NCBI GenBank assembly: GCA_964016885.1
Contig: OZ024742.1
Coordinates: forward strand, 112,158,001-112,222,000
Reading direction: 5' to 3'
From: Eledone cirrhosa
Lineage: Eukaryota
Length of the DNA: 64,000 bases
Shown here piece after piece: positions 1-12,157 of this stretch; position 1 is the stretch's first letter; each line of letters starts with the position of its first letter. A program made the translations under genes and the position numbers. The notes beneath the pieces were generated by a model. That model searched no databases, was not told the origin of the DNA, and saw only the letters and a list, made by a program, of their open reading frames with translations.

Positions 1-141
1 ATATATATATATATATATATATATAAACGTTTGAATATGTATCAGAAAGCCAAAACAATGCAGGTATGGATATAGAAAAAGAATGCAGTTGCAAAAGATA
101 TTGTTGACAAATTGTCTTTTACCTTTGATTTATTTAAATAT

Positions 142-176
142 CCTTAATTTTCGAGACAATATCTCTTCTTCAGAGG
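142..176 (-). ncRNA. Minimal type I hammerhead ribozyme in PLE pLTR, copy 1
   Basis: CCT-CTGAAGA-A-GAGAT-ATT-GTCTC-GAAA-AT-TA-AGG; stem III AATT is palindromic. Confidence 0.7.
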
Positions 177-553
177 GAAATAAAGGTCTCAAACCAGCCT
201 TCTAAGTATCTTGCCAAGCCATGCTGACAGGAAATAGTATAGAGTACCTGTTCTATCTCTAATGTCAAAGAGTTAAAATTAGATGGATAAAGAGTAGTCT
301 CCCTTTAAAAGGGGTTTGTTTAGGGTTTTTTTTATTTTTTATATACATGCCTGTTTAAGTGTGTGGGAGAATGCATGAAGGTGTAAGTATGTGAGTGTGT
401 GTGTGTGAGTGTGAGAAGATAAGTCTATTCGTAAATGTGGGGAATAGGTGTTATCTGCTGTTAGAACTGGTTTTGTGTGTGTATGTGTGAGAGAGAATAA
501 GTGGAGGTGTAAGCGTGTGTGTGGGGTGTGTAAATATGGGGCTAGAAGCCCTA

Positions 554-3135
554 TTAGGTTATAAATTGGGTGTTGAGTTCTAGTCTATTATTGATTGGTG
601 GTTGTGTTTTATCTATAATTAGTGCTTCCTTAATTCTAAGATTGCCGAGGTTTCTTTCCTTAGTTTCTATCCTAACTGTTATGGTTTTGTCGGGGTTTTT
701 GCATTTAACTAGGTGTTTCTTAAATGAGGAAGCGTTAGTATTGAGGTGTTCTTTTATTCTTATGTGGAGTGGTCTGGTGGTGCTACCTACGTAGAAGTTG
801 TTGCATTTGTCACACTATAGTCTGTATACGACGTAAGCCTGGTGGCATAGGTCTATGTCGTTGATGGGGCAGTTGGCTAGTCTGCAGCAGTTGTCATGTC
901 TGGTGGAGTGTCTTTTGTTAGCTGTCCGCGTAGAGAAGGACCTGAGTGGGCCAGTTGGATATCTAGTCCCTCTCGTCTGATGGCTCTGCAGATGGCTGTT
1001 GTTGTTTCTTCACTGAAGTGTGGGAGCTTCAGGAAGCAAGTGTTAGTGCCTCGGGTGTGGTGTCCTCTGTTCTTTCTGGCACGGTTTGAGGTGGATGTCG
1101 TGTATCCGTTCAGTTTGAGTACTTCCAGGAAATGTGTGGTGTGTGTGTCTCGGTCTCCAGCCGGGGTGCATTTGTTCCGGATACGTGCCAGTTCGTTCCT
1201 TATGTATCCGAACTTGGCACCGAGCGGGAGGGCCGATCTGAAATGTACGAACAGGTCCCTGCTGGCGGCTTTTTTATAGAAGCAGGTGTGGATGTTGCCT
1301 TCCTCTGTTACCCTGATTTGGAAGTCCAGTAGGGATAGGGATCCGCGGTCATCGGGGTGTTCCATGCTGAACTTTATACTGGCGTCCATGCTGGAGAATG
1401 TTGTGTATATTTTATCTGCCTCCTCACGGGATGATGTAAGGATGAGTATGTCATCTACATATCGGGTGAAGAAGGCATGGGAATGGCAGGTGTTGAGGGC
1501 TCGGCTTTCTAGCTGGTTCATGTAGGTGATGGCCAGCAGGCCCGATAGGCTGGATCCCATGGGTAATCCTGTTGTCTGTCTGTATGTGTGGTGGTGGAAG
1601 GTGAAGTACGTGTTTTCTACTGTGAAGGACAACAGCTGGTGTATGTCCGTCGGGTGGAGGCCATAGCAGTAGATGTCCTCTGCGACCACGCAGCCCGTCA
1701 ATAAATCGACAGCTGGATGAGCGGGGACTGTAGTGTAGAGGGAGACAACGTCTAGGCAAAAAAGCGTATTTATTTAGTTTAAGTTGTTCTGGCTAGAGTT
1801 GGTGTAGTCTACGTAAAACTTCGTCGGAGCTACTGACATGCCCGGGAAAGGTGGAGAGTAGAGGCTTGAGGACCTGGGAGAGGAGCCAGGAAATTTTGTA
1901 TAGGGGTCTTTCTATGCTAGAGACGATGGGTCTTATTTGCGTCTTAGTACTATTCTTGTGGGTCTTGATGAGGTGGTAGAAAGTGGACAGTCTGCTATTT
2001 CTAGTGGTGTAGTTGAGCTTAATTTTTTTGGGGAGTTGTTTTCTCCTACAGATATCGAACTAAATGGAGTTGGTCTGTTTTTCGATCTGGGCTGCAGTCA
2101 TGTCCGGGATCTCTGTGTATAATTCATTGTCGCTTAGGTGTTCAAAGGCTAGGTTATTGTATGTGGCTTGAGAGATGACGCAAAACTCTTTACCTTTGTC
2201 GGATGGTAAGTATATAAGTTCCCTATTCCGTAGGTTCTTCAGGGCGAGCTGTTGTGTCCTGGAGAGGTTTGGGCTATCTTCTTCTGTTTCCGTAAGATGT
2301 TAGATACGGAATGTTTTAGCCTCGAGAGTTTTTCTTCAAGCTCGCGGTTGGCAGGCGGTGGACAGTGTGGGCGATCCAGTTGGTATATCGGGAATCTGGG
2401 TTTGATAGATTCCGTGGTGTTGTTGTCGAGAGTCGATATCCATTTTAGCTGGTAGGCAGTCCGACAGAAATTCGTTTCTATGTCGAGCCATAGTTTGTCG
2501 TCCAGTCTCTGTTTCAATATGAACTTAAGACCCAGGCTGAGGAGGTCTAATTCCTCTCGGGAGAGGGATCCTGTCAAGTCTGTGACGTGGTGTTTTGCGT
2601 CAGGTGTGTTGTTGGTCGGGGCGCCGCTAGGTTCGGTGTTGGTACTGTCTTGTTCGCCTCTGTTGGTGTTTAGAGTTGGGATGTTGTTAAGACGGTTGGC
2701 CGTCCTGAGTTTGAGAAATTTTTGCGTTAGACGTATTTTTTCGTAGTCTCGGCGATGGTGGTATGACCTGTCTATAGCGACGGAGATAACTCTGGACAGA
2801 AGTTCTGGGGTTTCACCGAGTTGTGGTACAAGGCTGGAAATAGTCCGTATGTGATGTTGTAGTGTGCGGTGTAGGTGTTGTATGAGTTTTCTTAGGCAGA
2901 ATTTTTGTATGTAACTAAGTGATCGTTTGAGGCCTGGATATTTGAAACATGTTGGTAGGTGCACATTTTTGATAGTTTTGGGGATGATGTTGTTACTCAG
3001 GCATCGTTTTAGGAAGTTTATTTGGCAGCAGGCTTTGGCGCGCTTTTCAGATAGCTGGAAGAGTTTCTTTACAGTTTTGAACTGGGCCTGGCTCAGGCGT
3101 AAGGATAGGAGGAGATTATAGTTCACTTGAAGCAT
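554..3135 (-). pseudogene. PLE reverse transcriptase plus GIY-YIG endonuclease ORF, frameshifted
   Basis: Minus-strand translation across frameshifts gives YLPSDKGKEFCV, CLDVVSLYT, YRQTTGLPMGSSLS, RYVDDI, LSLLD, then VVYRL*CDKCNNFYVGSTTRPLHIRIKEH...IKEALII...PPIN. Stop at 554-556. Confidence 0.9.
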
Positions 3136-3267
3136 TGTGTAATGAGGTATAAACGTTTGAATATGTATAATAAAGCCAAAACAATGCAGGTATGGACATA
3201 GAAAAAGAATGCAATTGCAAAAGATATTGTTGACAAATTGTCTTTTACCTTAGATTTATTTAAATGT

Positions 3268-3302
3268 CCTTAATTTTCGAGATAATATCTCTTCTTCAGA
3301 GG
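3268..3302 (-). ncRNA. Minimal type I hammerhead ribozyme in PLE pLTR, copy 2
   Basis: CCT-CTGAAGA-A-GAGAT-ATT-ATCTC-GAAA-AT-TA-AGG. Confidence 0.7.
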
Positions 3303-4013
3303 GAAATAAAGGTCTCAAACCAGCCTTCTAAATATCTTGCCAAGCCATGCTGACAGGAAATAGTATAGAGTGTCTGTTCTATCTCTAATGTCAAAGAGTT
3401 AAAATTAGATGGATAAAGAGTAGTCTCATTTTAAAAGGGGTTTGTTTAGGGTTTTTTTTTTTTTTTAAGAAACACCTAGTTAAATGCAAAAACACCGACA
3501 AAACCATAACAGTTAGGATAGAAACTAAGGAAAGAAACCTCGGCAATCTTAGAATTAAGGAAGCACTAATTATAGATAAAACACAACCACCAATCAATAA
3601 TAGACTAGAACTCAACACCCAATTTATAACCTGATAGGGCTTCTAGCCCCATATTTACACACCCCACACACACGCTTACACCTCCACTTATTCTCTCTCA
3701 CACATACACACACAAAACCAGTTCTAACACCAAATAACACCTATACCCCACATTTACGAATAGACTTATCTTCTCTCACTCACACACACACACACTCACA
3801 TACTTACACCTTCATGCATTCTCCCACATACTTAAACAGGCATGTATATAAAAAAAACAAAAAACCCTAAACAAACCCTTTTTAAAGGGAGACTACTCTT
3901 TATCAATCTAATTTTAACTCTTTGACATTAGAGATAGAACAGATACTCTATACTATTTCCTGTCAGTATGGCTTGGCAAGATATTTAGAAGGCTGGTTTG
4001 AGACCTTTATTTC

Positions 4014-4048
4014 CCTCTGAAGAAGAGATATTATCTCGAAAATTAAGG
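4014..4048 (+). ncRNA. Minimal type I hammerhead ribozyme in the inverted pLTR, copy 3
   Basis: Same motif as copy 2, on the plus strand. Confidence 0.7.
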
Positions 4049-7000
4049 ACATTTAAATAAATCTAAGGTAAAAGACAATTTGTCAACAATATCTTTTGCA
4101 ATTGCATTCTTTTTCTATGTCCATACCTGCATTGTTTTGGCTTTATTATACATATTCAAACGTTTATACCTCATTACACAATGCTTCAAGTGAACTATAA
4201 CCTCCTCATATATATATATATATATTCGTTTTTGAATTTGCTTTGCAAGCTTTCTTATCTGAAATACGTGTGTTGAAATAGATATTTTCATAATTTGTGA
4301 GGGTCATACTGCCAATAAAAACACGCAACTGTTGGTTTTCACTTCAATATAGTATACATTTTCGGTTGGTTGGTTGGTTCGATAACCGGATGGTTGTTTA
4401 TATATTGCCAAATTTCATTCGTCACACATTCTGTGACCTACTCAATGACTGGACCTTTATTTTGTGTCCCTCGTTTTTTCTTTCCTACACCATCTTGTAT
4501 GTGTGTGTTGTGTGCAGTCAGCATTATATATACATAACGTGCCAAGCGTAAACAGAATCAGAAAATCAAACGACACTGTGCAAGTGAGAAATAAATTAGT
4601 TGAACGATTTAAATCAGAGGAAAATAGTCATAACTCTTCGGGCACTCCTTCTTCAACAAATAGAATGAGAAATATTAGATGAAATAGAAGGTTAGAGATT
4701 CGGATGAGGACAGGACGAGAAAACATGAGGAGAGAACACCCGTACTTTTTGCATAATGTGCGGACATCACTTGCAGATATTAATTAGAAGAGGCACTAAT
4801 ACCGCCTGATTCATAAGGAAGTCACTTACATTAAAGCACATACAATAAGCTTATATCTAATATAGGTACATTCATTCCGCTATGGTACCACGGCATAATG
4901 CTATTCGGTATAGTATTGCCTCAGTAACGAATGAGTAATCGTCATTAATAATGGATAAATATATCCTGAAACGTTAGAATATATGATGTTCTCAAGCACT
5001 GACTGAGGTTACTGTGACATAAACATATATCGATATAGCCACATTGAAATGTGATATGTATTACTTACAAAATCATTGCATATTCTTTCATACAAGTTAC
5101 AATTTTGAATGAACTTGAAATAGCTCTACTGCTAATAAACATATTTATCTCTATTTGGATGAAATACCTCTATTTGACTAAGGATAATATTTCTAACACT
5201 GGCTGTTGTCTAGCTATTTCTTTCCAAATTATAATCTCCTTAGTATGTTTGTGCATGCAAATATATTTTCTTGTGAAATCTATGACGTTCTATCTTGGGA
5301 AACATTATCAAGTTTACATTGTTCTTAAATATATATTTCGTTCTGAATACAAACGCATCTTCTTAGTTGTATTTGGTACGTTGCCGTATTGACTGATATT
5401 GTTTCAGTATCTAAGATCATATTATGGTTAAATGCCATCAATTGTGTATACAGTATATTTTCTTGTCTGTTGTGTTTATACTATCTCTGTATCGTCTGTA
5501 TATGAATGTGTTGCTCTCATATTTCTAACAGAGCCTCGATAAAACATATATGCCCTTTTTAATAACATAATAATCTCCTTATAAATCTCATGCTTATGGT
5601 TTTCGTGTCCAAATTGCAAATTCCTGTTTTCGTGTCTGCTGACTATGACGAAAGCGGTTGTGCAGTGAAAACGACGGAAAGGAATACATACAGAAACTTT
5701 ACACTTCTGCTATGACTGCATCAAATTTAAGGAAGTTGAACGTGTAAGAAATTGCTCCCCTTCAGTATATTTGTTAAAAGGTGCTTTAATGCAGCAAGAA
5801 GTGTGCAGGTGAATGGTAAATTTTAAGCATGCGCATTTTGGCTGGAGAGAACAGAGTGGGCGTGAACATTTTTTATGGGCTCTTTGTGGTAGTGATAATA
5901 AATTCTAACCTGTGGAATTCCTATACTACATTTGTGGTGGAAATCCTATACTATATTCTTTGCGGAAAATAAATTAGTTGTTAATTTTTGCCTGCTTATT
6001 TTTACATGTTTGATTATATGGAAATCCCCCGCGATTTGTTGCAATGTATTGTCGTCAATGATTTCGTTCCTAGTTGTCAATAAAAAATAATTATTTAGAA
6101 TTTCAGCTAATTTACCGCTGCTGGATTTCCTTAAATAATTATCAATTTCGGTTGCATTGGTTGTTCGGTATGATTATATTAATTGTCTATCACTTTGGAA
6201 AATACACAACTGGCAAAGATTCATTACATAATATTCTTGCAGCTTATCTGAACGAAGCAAAATTAATTTTAGATAAAATACAGCTATATCAAATATCGAT
6301 TGAAGGAGAAGGAAAGCCAGGAAGGTGAAATGGCACGCTTTATTTGGTGGGAAAGAAAATGGTGATCGTGAGTGTGCGTCATGATGGCAGGTACTGTGTG
6401 GGCGCAAATTTTAGATTGTAACTAGATGGCTAGTGAAAACCCGCTTGTGTAACTAGCGAATATTTAAAAGCTGGACACCAGAAGGTTTATGACTAGATCA
6501 TAATGGATTTGTTATGAGCGCCTAGGAACGAAAGCAATTGAAGTTATGGATGGGACACGTTATGTTGTACAGAAACCGAATATAGAAAGTGGGGAGTGAT
6601 CATTCGCAATGGAAATAAATGAGAAGATTAAAAATTGGTTAGGTATTGACGAAGAAAATAAGTTGTACTGTTCTCATGTATGGAATAATAGCGTGTCATA
6701 GGCATAGTGGAACGCATATATAGATCTAGTGTGCGTCATTATTGAAAGACTGGACGATAAAATATCCTTGTGTTTGTATAGCCATCGAAATTTGTTTGAT
6801 AAAACAAGAATTCTCTATGATAGAAGAGCGAATTTCATCATGATGACATGTTCAGCTAAGCAGAGACCGGATGAGTTATATTTCTCAATCAAAATATTTC
6901 TGTTGTGGTCTACTACCGTCAATGGATATGATGATATAACGGAATATGATGTGCCTAGTGAAAATGGGCCAATTTTCGTACCTTTTCACTGTGGGTTTAA

Positions 7001-8457
7001 GAAGAGTTAAAGTGCAATGGGTCATGTTTGGGATCTTAGATGTTAGATGGAATGTATAAAAATGGGATGGTGAGGTTTCGATAATCATTTGGAGTCAATT
7101 GCTTGCACAACAGTTCTGAGCCTGGATATGGTTAGATTTATGGTAATAGCTACTTCATAAAATATCACCACTTGTATTCTGTTGAATGCCTATTGGAGAG
7201 AAGTTTGTCGCATGCCATGGTCAGTAATCATTTGAACTAAACATTGCGATTATTGCTCTTAGGAGAAACTCACTATATCTCCATCTTTTATGAAATCTGT
7301 CATTTCGATAGTAGTCATTAAATATTCTTTTGACAAAGAAAATATTTCATATTTAATAGTTTTCTTGATCATAGAAAATGTTTTATAGATATTTTTATAT
7401 TTATTTGCATACTAGGTGTTACACAATACATAAAAATTAACATAAGCGAATGATCAGATTTGACATTTGCATACAAGACACGTTGATTTCGATCCAGCTG
7501 AATGGAATCTTAAATGTCATTTTTTACGCGGATCGATTAAAGCGATGTCAGTGAAATTTGGTAGACTGGGGTCCTGTTGAGAAGTAGTTTGATGGCTTTC
7601 ACGTATAATTCAAATGGATACTACTTGCTATATGCTTCGTCCTACTGAATGCCCTCGGGAATATTATTTGTTTAGGTATTTTATTTAGATATTAATTAAC
7701 TGTGTAATGCATTGTCTGCACCACTGATTTGTGCCCCTGGCGAAAGAGAGTACGTTGTGGATACGTCTAAAAATGTGAAGACAATATCTTCAGCGAAGCG
7801 CTGATTAACTTTTTCAGGTTTCAACTGAAGTGGAAAACCAGCCTGGCAAATAGTTTGTTGAAATATAGAGAAGAGTGGTGAGCATTGTCCGGCTGACGGG
7901 CATGTCCCATGTATGCGCCTGTAAATAGTAGGATAACTGGAAGATGCCTCTTGCCCTAACGGTCAGTGTCACTGTGGTTGTTTCAGGGCTTTGTCAATGA
8001 GTAACCCTTCGATGTCTCTTATTGTGAAACTTTCTATTTTACTTGAATATTTTACATGCTTTTTGATTTCTTTTTATCATCATTTTACATGAATAAGCCA
8101 CTTCATATCGACTTGTGCTGTTCTCTGTCGTGTTCAATGTTTTCTTGGTGTCAGTCCTCTTTGGGTAATAAGGAAACATTAGTATTAGTCATCATTTGTA
8201 AAATATATCTGTTATCTGACGCCTTATCAAGTTATGTAACCTAGATAAAGTTTGATTTGCTGTTCCAAAAAGTATTGACGTTTACAATGTCGTAATCTTG
8301 GTTCAGAGTCCCATTATAGCAAGTTATTTTTGAAGAGTTTTCGTCAGCAATCGACGTGCTCCAGTCATAACTGGAACTACTCTCGCTTTCATTTTCCACA
8401 TTCTCTCAATACCTATTCCCAAGTCTGCATATGTTACGCTTCTTTCATTATTACTAC

Positions 8458-8639
8458 AAGGTCGGTGGATTGGCAGTATTGGTAGAAGGTCGGACGCCAT
8501 GCTTTTATGTATAGAGTTACGGCCCTTGCCATTCTAAGTTCAAATCCCGCCAAGGTTAACTTTGCCTTACGGGGTCGATAAAATAAAGTACCAGTAATGC
8601 ACTGGGTTATTTGCTGGCCTTGTGCCTAACGTAGAAACA
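8458..8639 (+). mobile_element. tRNA-derived SINE, near full length, with TSD
   Basis: A-box-like TGGCAGTATTGG, B-box GTTCAAATCC, core GGGGTCGATAAAATAAAGTACCAG, 3' end GTAGAAACA. TSD ATTATTACTAC at 8447-8457 and 8640-8650. Confidence 0.85.
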
Positions 8640-9157
8640 ATTATTACTACGTTTTATGTAACTGTGTCCTCGATAAACTACATCATTCAACCGACGTCTC
8701 TTTGAGTAACATTCTCTTCTAAATTTACAAGTGGCAATATGCTCTAGACCTCAATCTGTGCATTATAAAGTCTCACAGCTGTTTCACAGTCAGTTTTTCT
8801 CGTACCTTCCTTTTTAAATTTTCTTCCTGCATAACCTACATCTACGTTTCACCTTTACTATACATATTGCTTCATGCTGAGTAGTTCTTAATGAACTCTC
8901 TGTCTCTATAATAAAATCATATTGTTTCAACCTATTCCGTGAATATTCTGCTTTTAATTCCTTCGTTGTCCCATCAAACTGATAAGCATGCAATTCCTTA
9001 TTCTTCCTCGTGCGCAGTGTCTCAGACATCAGCCGCTGTTTGTTATCTTTACCTGCAATACACTCAATACGCAAACCTTTGCTTTTAGCAACATGATTAA
9101 AAGTTCTATATTACTGGCTAAATAACAATGTGTCATTCTTTAGCCACATAAACATTC

Positions 9158-9188
<31 letters not shown>

Positions 9189-9290
9189 CTTCTTCTTCTT
9201 CTTCTTCTTCTTCTTCTTCTTCTTCTTCTTCTTCTTCTTCTTCTTCTTCTTCTTCTTCTTCTTCTTCTTCTTCTTCTTCTTCTTCTTCTT
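9158..9290. repeat. (TTC)n microsatellite
   Basis: Pure TTC run; source of the poly-F and poly-E ORFs. Confidence 0.97.
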
Positions 9291-10560
9291 TAACTCCAGC
9301 TCCCAAATCCGGATATCGGTTAATTTTCTCATCCTTTTCTTGCACTCTTGTGTCGAAACGGCATGCTACATATGCAATAAGGCACGATGTATTATCCTTG
9401 TGAAAATCCACTAGGTCAGGCCTATTGTGTTCTAATTTCTAGTCTCTATCCAGAAATCCCATAGCACCTTCACTTGATCGTTTCTATAATCGACTCTGGT
9501 TTATGGTCATACCATTTCTCAGAATGTGGTAAATTATTTAGTTTGCATAAATGCCGGTGAATCACCTTTCCTATTATATCATACTTCCTGCCTTTATACT
9601 GAGTCTGGGCTAGGTCTTTACACTCGGATACAATGTGAGCCACAGTCTCCTTTCTCTCTTCACAGATCCTACATAGTGAGCCAGCCTCCTCCTTGTCAAT
9701 ATGGCGTTTCAACAATTTCGTTCTGAGTACTTACTCTTAAGCAGCCATTCGCATTCCTTCTGTAGCTTTTTAAGGGTTCCTCTTTTTAACCAGCTCCATG
9801 TCTGTGGTTCTCTGAATTCCGTTTTCTTAAAGGGATTTTTCATGGAAGCTGCTCTTCCTCTGTTTTGTTATTTCCTCCTTAGAAATCACATGGTATATTG
9901 TCTTCTCGTTCAGTACAGCTTTGAGCATTGGCTTCCTATTCTCATGCACATATTTGTGTAGACTGGATTTCTCCATCTGAACACATTCCTCAATGTTTCG
10001 TATCTCTTAAGTATAGTCTATCAACATCACTTCTCTTGTGGAACGCGCTGTCCTTCTATCAGCTCGGGTATTTACTGCACTTATGACATTCATACTATTT
10101 AGATGTGATTTTAATACGTTCCTTACTCTCCTTATATACGCAGATCGTATCAATTCTTTCATTTTTTTGTTCTTGATGTCATCTGCCTCCAGAACAGCTA
10201 AATATTTGTATCCCTCTTCAGTGTCAATTTCCTTTATCATCTCACCTGTTGGTACCTGGATTATATTGCTTCTGTTCAATTTACCCTATTCATAACTAGT
10301 ACTCCACACTTACTAATACATATATCATTGCTGAAAATACGGACAGTGCAACAAGTAATTCCAACTCCTCACACTTTACAAAGAGTTTAAGATCGTCCAC
10401 GAAGAGGACGTGATTGATGGTAAGCTCTCCTCTTCCCACATTGTATCCTGCTGTCAATTTTCGCAATATAAAGGGTAGAGGTATCAGAGCAAAGTCAAAC
10501 AGCAGAGGGGACAAACAATCTCCCTGGAAGATACCTCTCTTGATCTTCACGCCTTCCAAT
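9291..10560 (-). mobile_element. R4/Dong-type non-LTR retrotransposon fragment (RT, zinc knuckle, restriction-like endonuclease)
   Basis: RGIFQGDCLSPLLF, INHVLFVDDLKLF, YKYL, CRIC...ETVAHIVSEC, LWDF...HNRPDLV...VAC...RYPDL. Confidence 0.85.
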
Positions 10561-10589
10561 ATTATTATCATTATTATTATTACTATTAC

Positions 10590-10725
10590 AGTCTGAGTTC
10601 AAATCCCGCCGACGTTTACTTTGCCTTTCATCCTTACGCGGTCGATAAAATAAAGTACCAGTAATGCACTGGAAAATTGCTGGCCCTGTGCCTAAAGTAG
10701 AAACAATTATTATTATTACTATTAC
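10590..10725 (+). mobile_element. tRNA-derived SINE, 5'-truncated
   Basis: Same family as 8458; starts at the B-box and ends in an ATT-rich tail. Confidence 0.85.
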
Positions 10726-12157
10726 TCGGTCCGGACCTCCAGACGGACAAATACAGGAACGAGATGACGAGCGGGGTGGCTTCTCTCACCCAGAAATGTG
10801 CCGAGAGGAAGCTATCGCTGAAAGGTAGAGCGGATGGGGCGAACGCGTACATCGCCTCCGCCATCTACTACCACCTAACCTACGTGCCTTGTTCTCAGCC
10901 TCGCCTGTCTGCTTTGGAGCATTTGCTCTTTCGCTTCTAGTGGAAGGGACTCGCTCCGATGCTCAGGCGGTCCATTTGCTGTCAAACCCGCTACGCGGAG
11001 GGATGGGCGTCGCGTGGCTGATGATGCGCAGACATTCGATCAGGCTACGGCATCTTCACCTCTCCCTCGACATTGATCAGGTGTGGTCACCGTTTGCTAG
11101 ACACGTGTTACTACATCTCATCTCCTTGAAGGAGCTGCAGTGCTAGGTGAAGCGAAGATAGGGAGCGCTTCAAGACAGGAATGTCTTCAGGCGCTTAGAG
11201 CCCTCGAACAATCGGGCAATGCGATCAGTGGAAACTCCAGCTTGGCGTTCTATAAATGGTTAGTGGAGGGAAAGTGTGATGAAATCCTTAGGGAGAATCT
11301 TGGCGTCGAGAAAATCAGCTAGCCAATCTCTTCGGGAGAACTTTCGGGCCGGGACCCATAGACGACTTCGAGAAATCCATGGCTTGGCAGTGCTGCGAGG
11401 AGCTTTGCCAGTTCGGGTTTAGTTCTACAGGCATGGAAGTGCCGTCAGCCGGGCCTGTCTGAGATGCGCGCAGGGCGAAAAATCGTCATGCACGCATTCG
11501 TCCAGTGTCCGAGCATTGCTGACATGTGGGTTTATATCGAACATCTCCTGTCGCAGGTAGGACGGATACGGCTGTTAGCTGAGTCCAACGTGAGGATTAC
11601 CCGGCCGCCTTCCTTTAGCCGGGAAGGGCAGGCAGTTTTCATCTGCCTGGTGGCCATGGTAAAAGAGAACGTGTGGGGGACGCGTTTGAAAGAGTTGAAG
11701 AGGGTAGTTTCCTCTTCGGTGACGCCCTCATTAATGTTTTCAGGTTTCACCTGAAAACGTTAATTGGGCGTTCACCTGAAAAGGAAAATTAGGGTGGAGA
11801 GGGGAGTGCTGCCTTCCAGCCAGTTTGGTGAAAGGTGGGAGACAGATGCCAGAATGGCCCGTGCCAATGGGCCTACCCTGATCGTGTGCCTGTAGCATCG
11901 TAGGAGGGAAACAGGAAGATGGCTGTGGGTAACCGTGGCATTTTTGTGGCCTTTCTCCACCAGCGACCCTCAGAAGTCTCCGCCCTATAGGGGAATTTTT
12001 CATTGTATCTTTTTTTATTACATCCTCTGTTTTTGTTATTTTACACGTAGAAATACCCATTTGTACCGTCCTGTATTGTCAGGTGTTGTCCTTAATGTTA
12101 TACTTTGCGTCAACCCTTGTGGCTAATTAAGAAAACATTATTATTATTATTATTATT
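10726..12157 (+). mobile_element. Tx1/L1-clade LINE copy A, 5'-truncated
   Basis: Colinear with 22421-23800; zinc-binding region MHAFVQC; 3' UTR and (ATT)7 tail. Confidence 0.88.

Larger units (their letters stand above)
22..4207 (-). mobile_element. Penelope-like retroelement (PLE) with a direct pseudo-LTR pair and an inverted pLTR, inserted in (TA)n
   Basis: 22-333 is directly repeated at about 3148-3466. 3467-4207 is an inverted copy of the ORF 3' end, the 3' UTR and the first ORF codons (ATGCTTCAAGTG at 4181). RT and GIY-YIG motifs lie between the repeats, and both flanks are (TA)n. Confidence 0.93.

Noticed and set aside
2239-2241. In-frame TGA in the PLE as possible selenocysteine (Naiad-type)
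   Set aside because: It results from an upstream frameshift; the conserved frame reads ALKNLR...SDKG across it.
4230-4750. Possible Tc1-like transposon remnant
   Set aside because: Only a vague basic N-terminal peptide; no TIRs or DDE motifs identified.
8458-8560. tRNA gene
   Set aside because: The A and B boxes belong to a SINE head; no cloverleaf.
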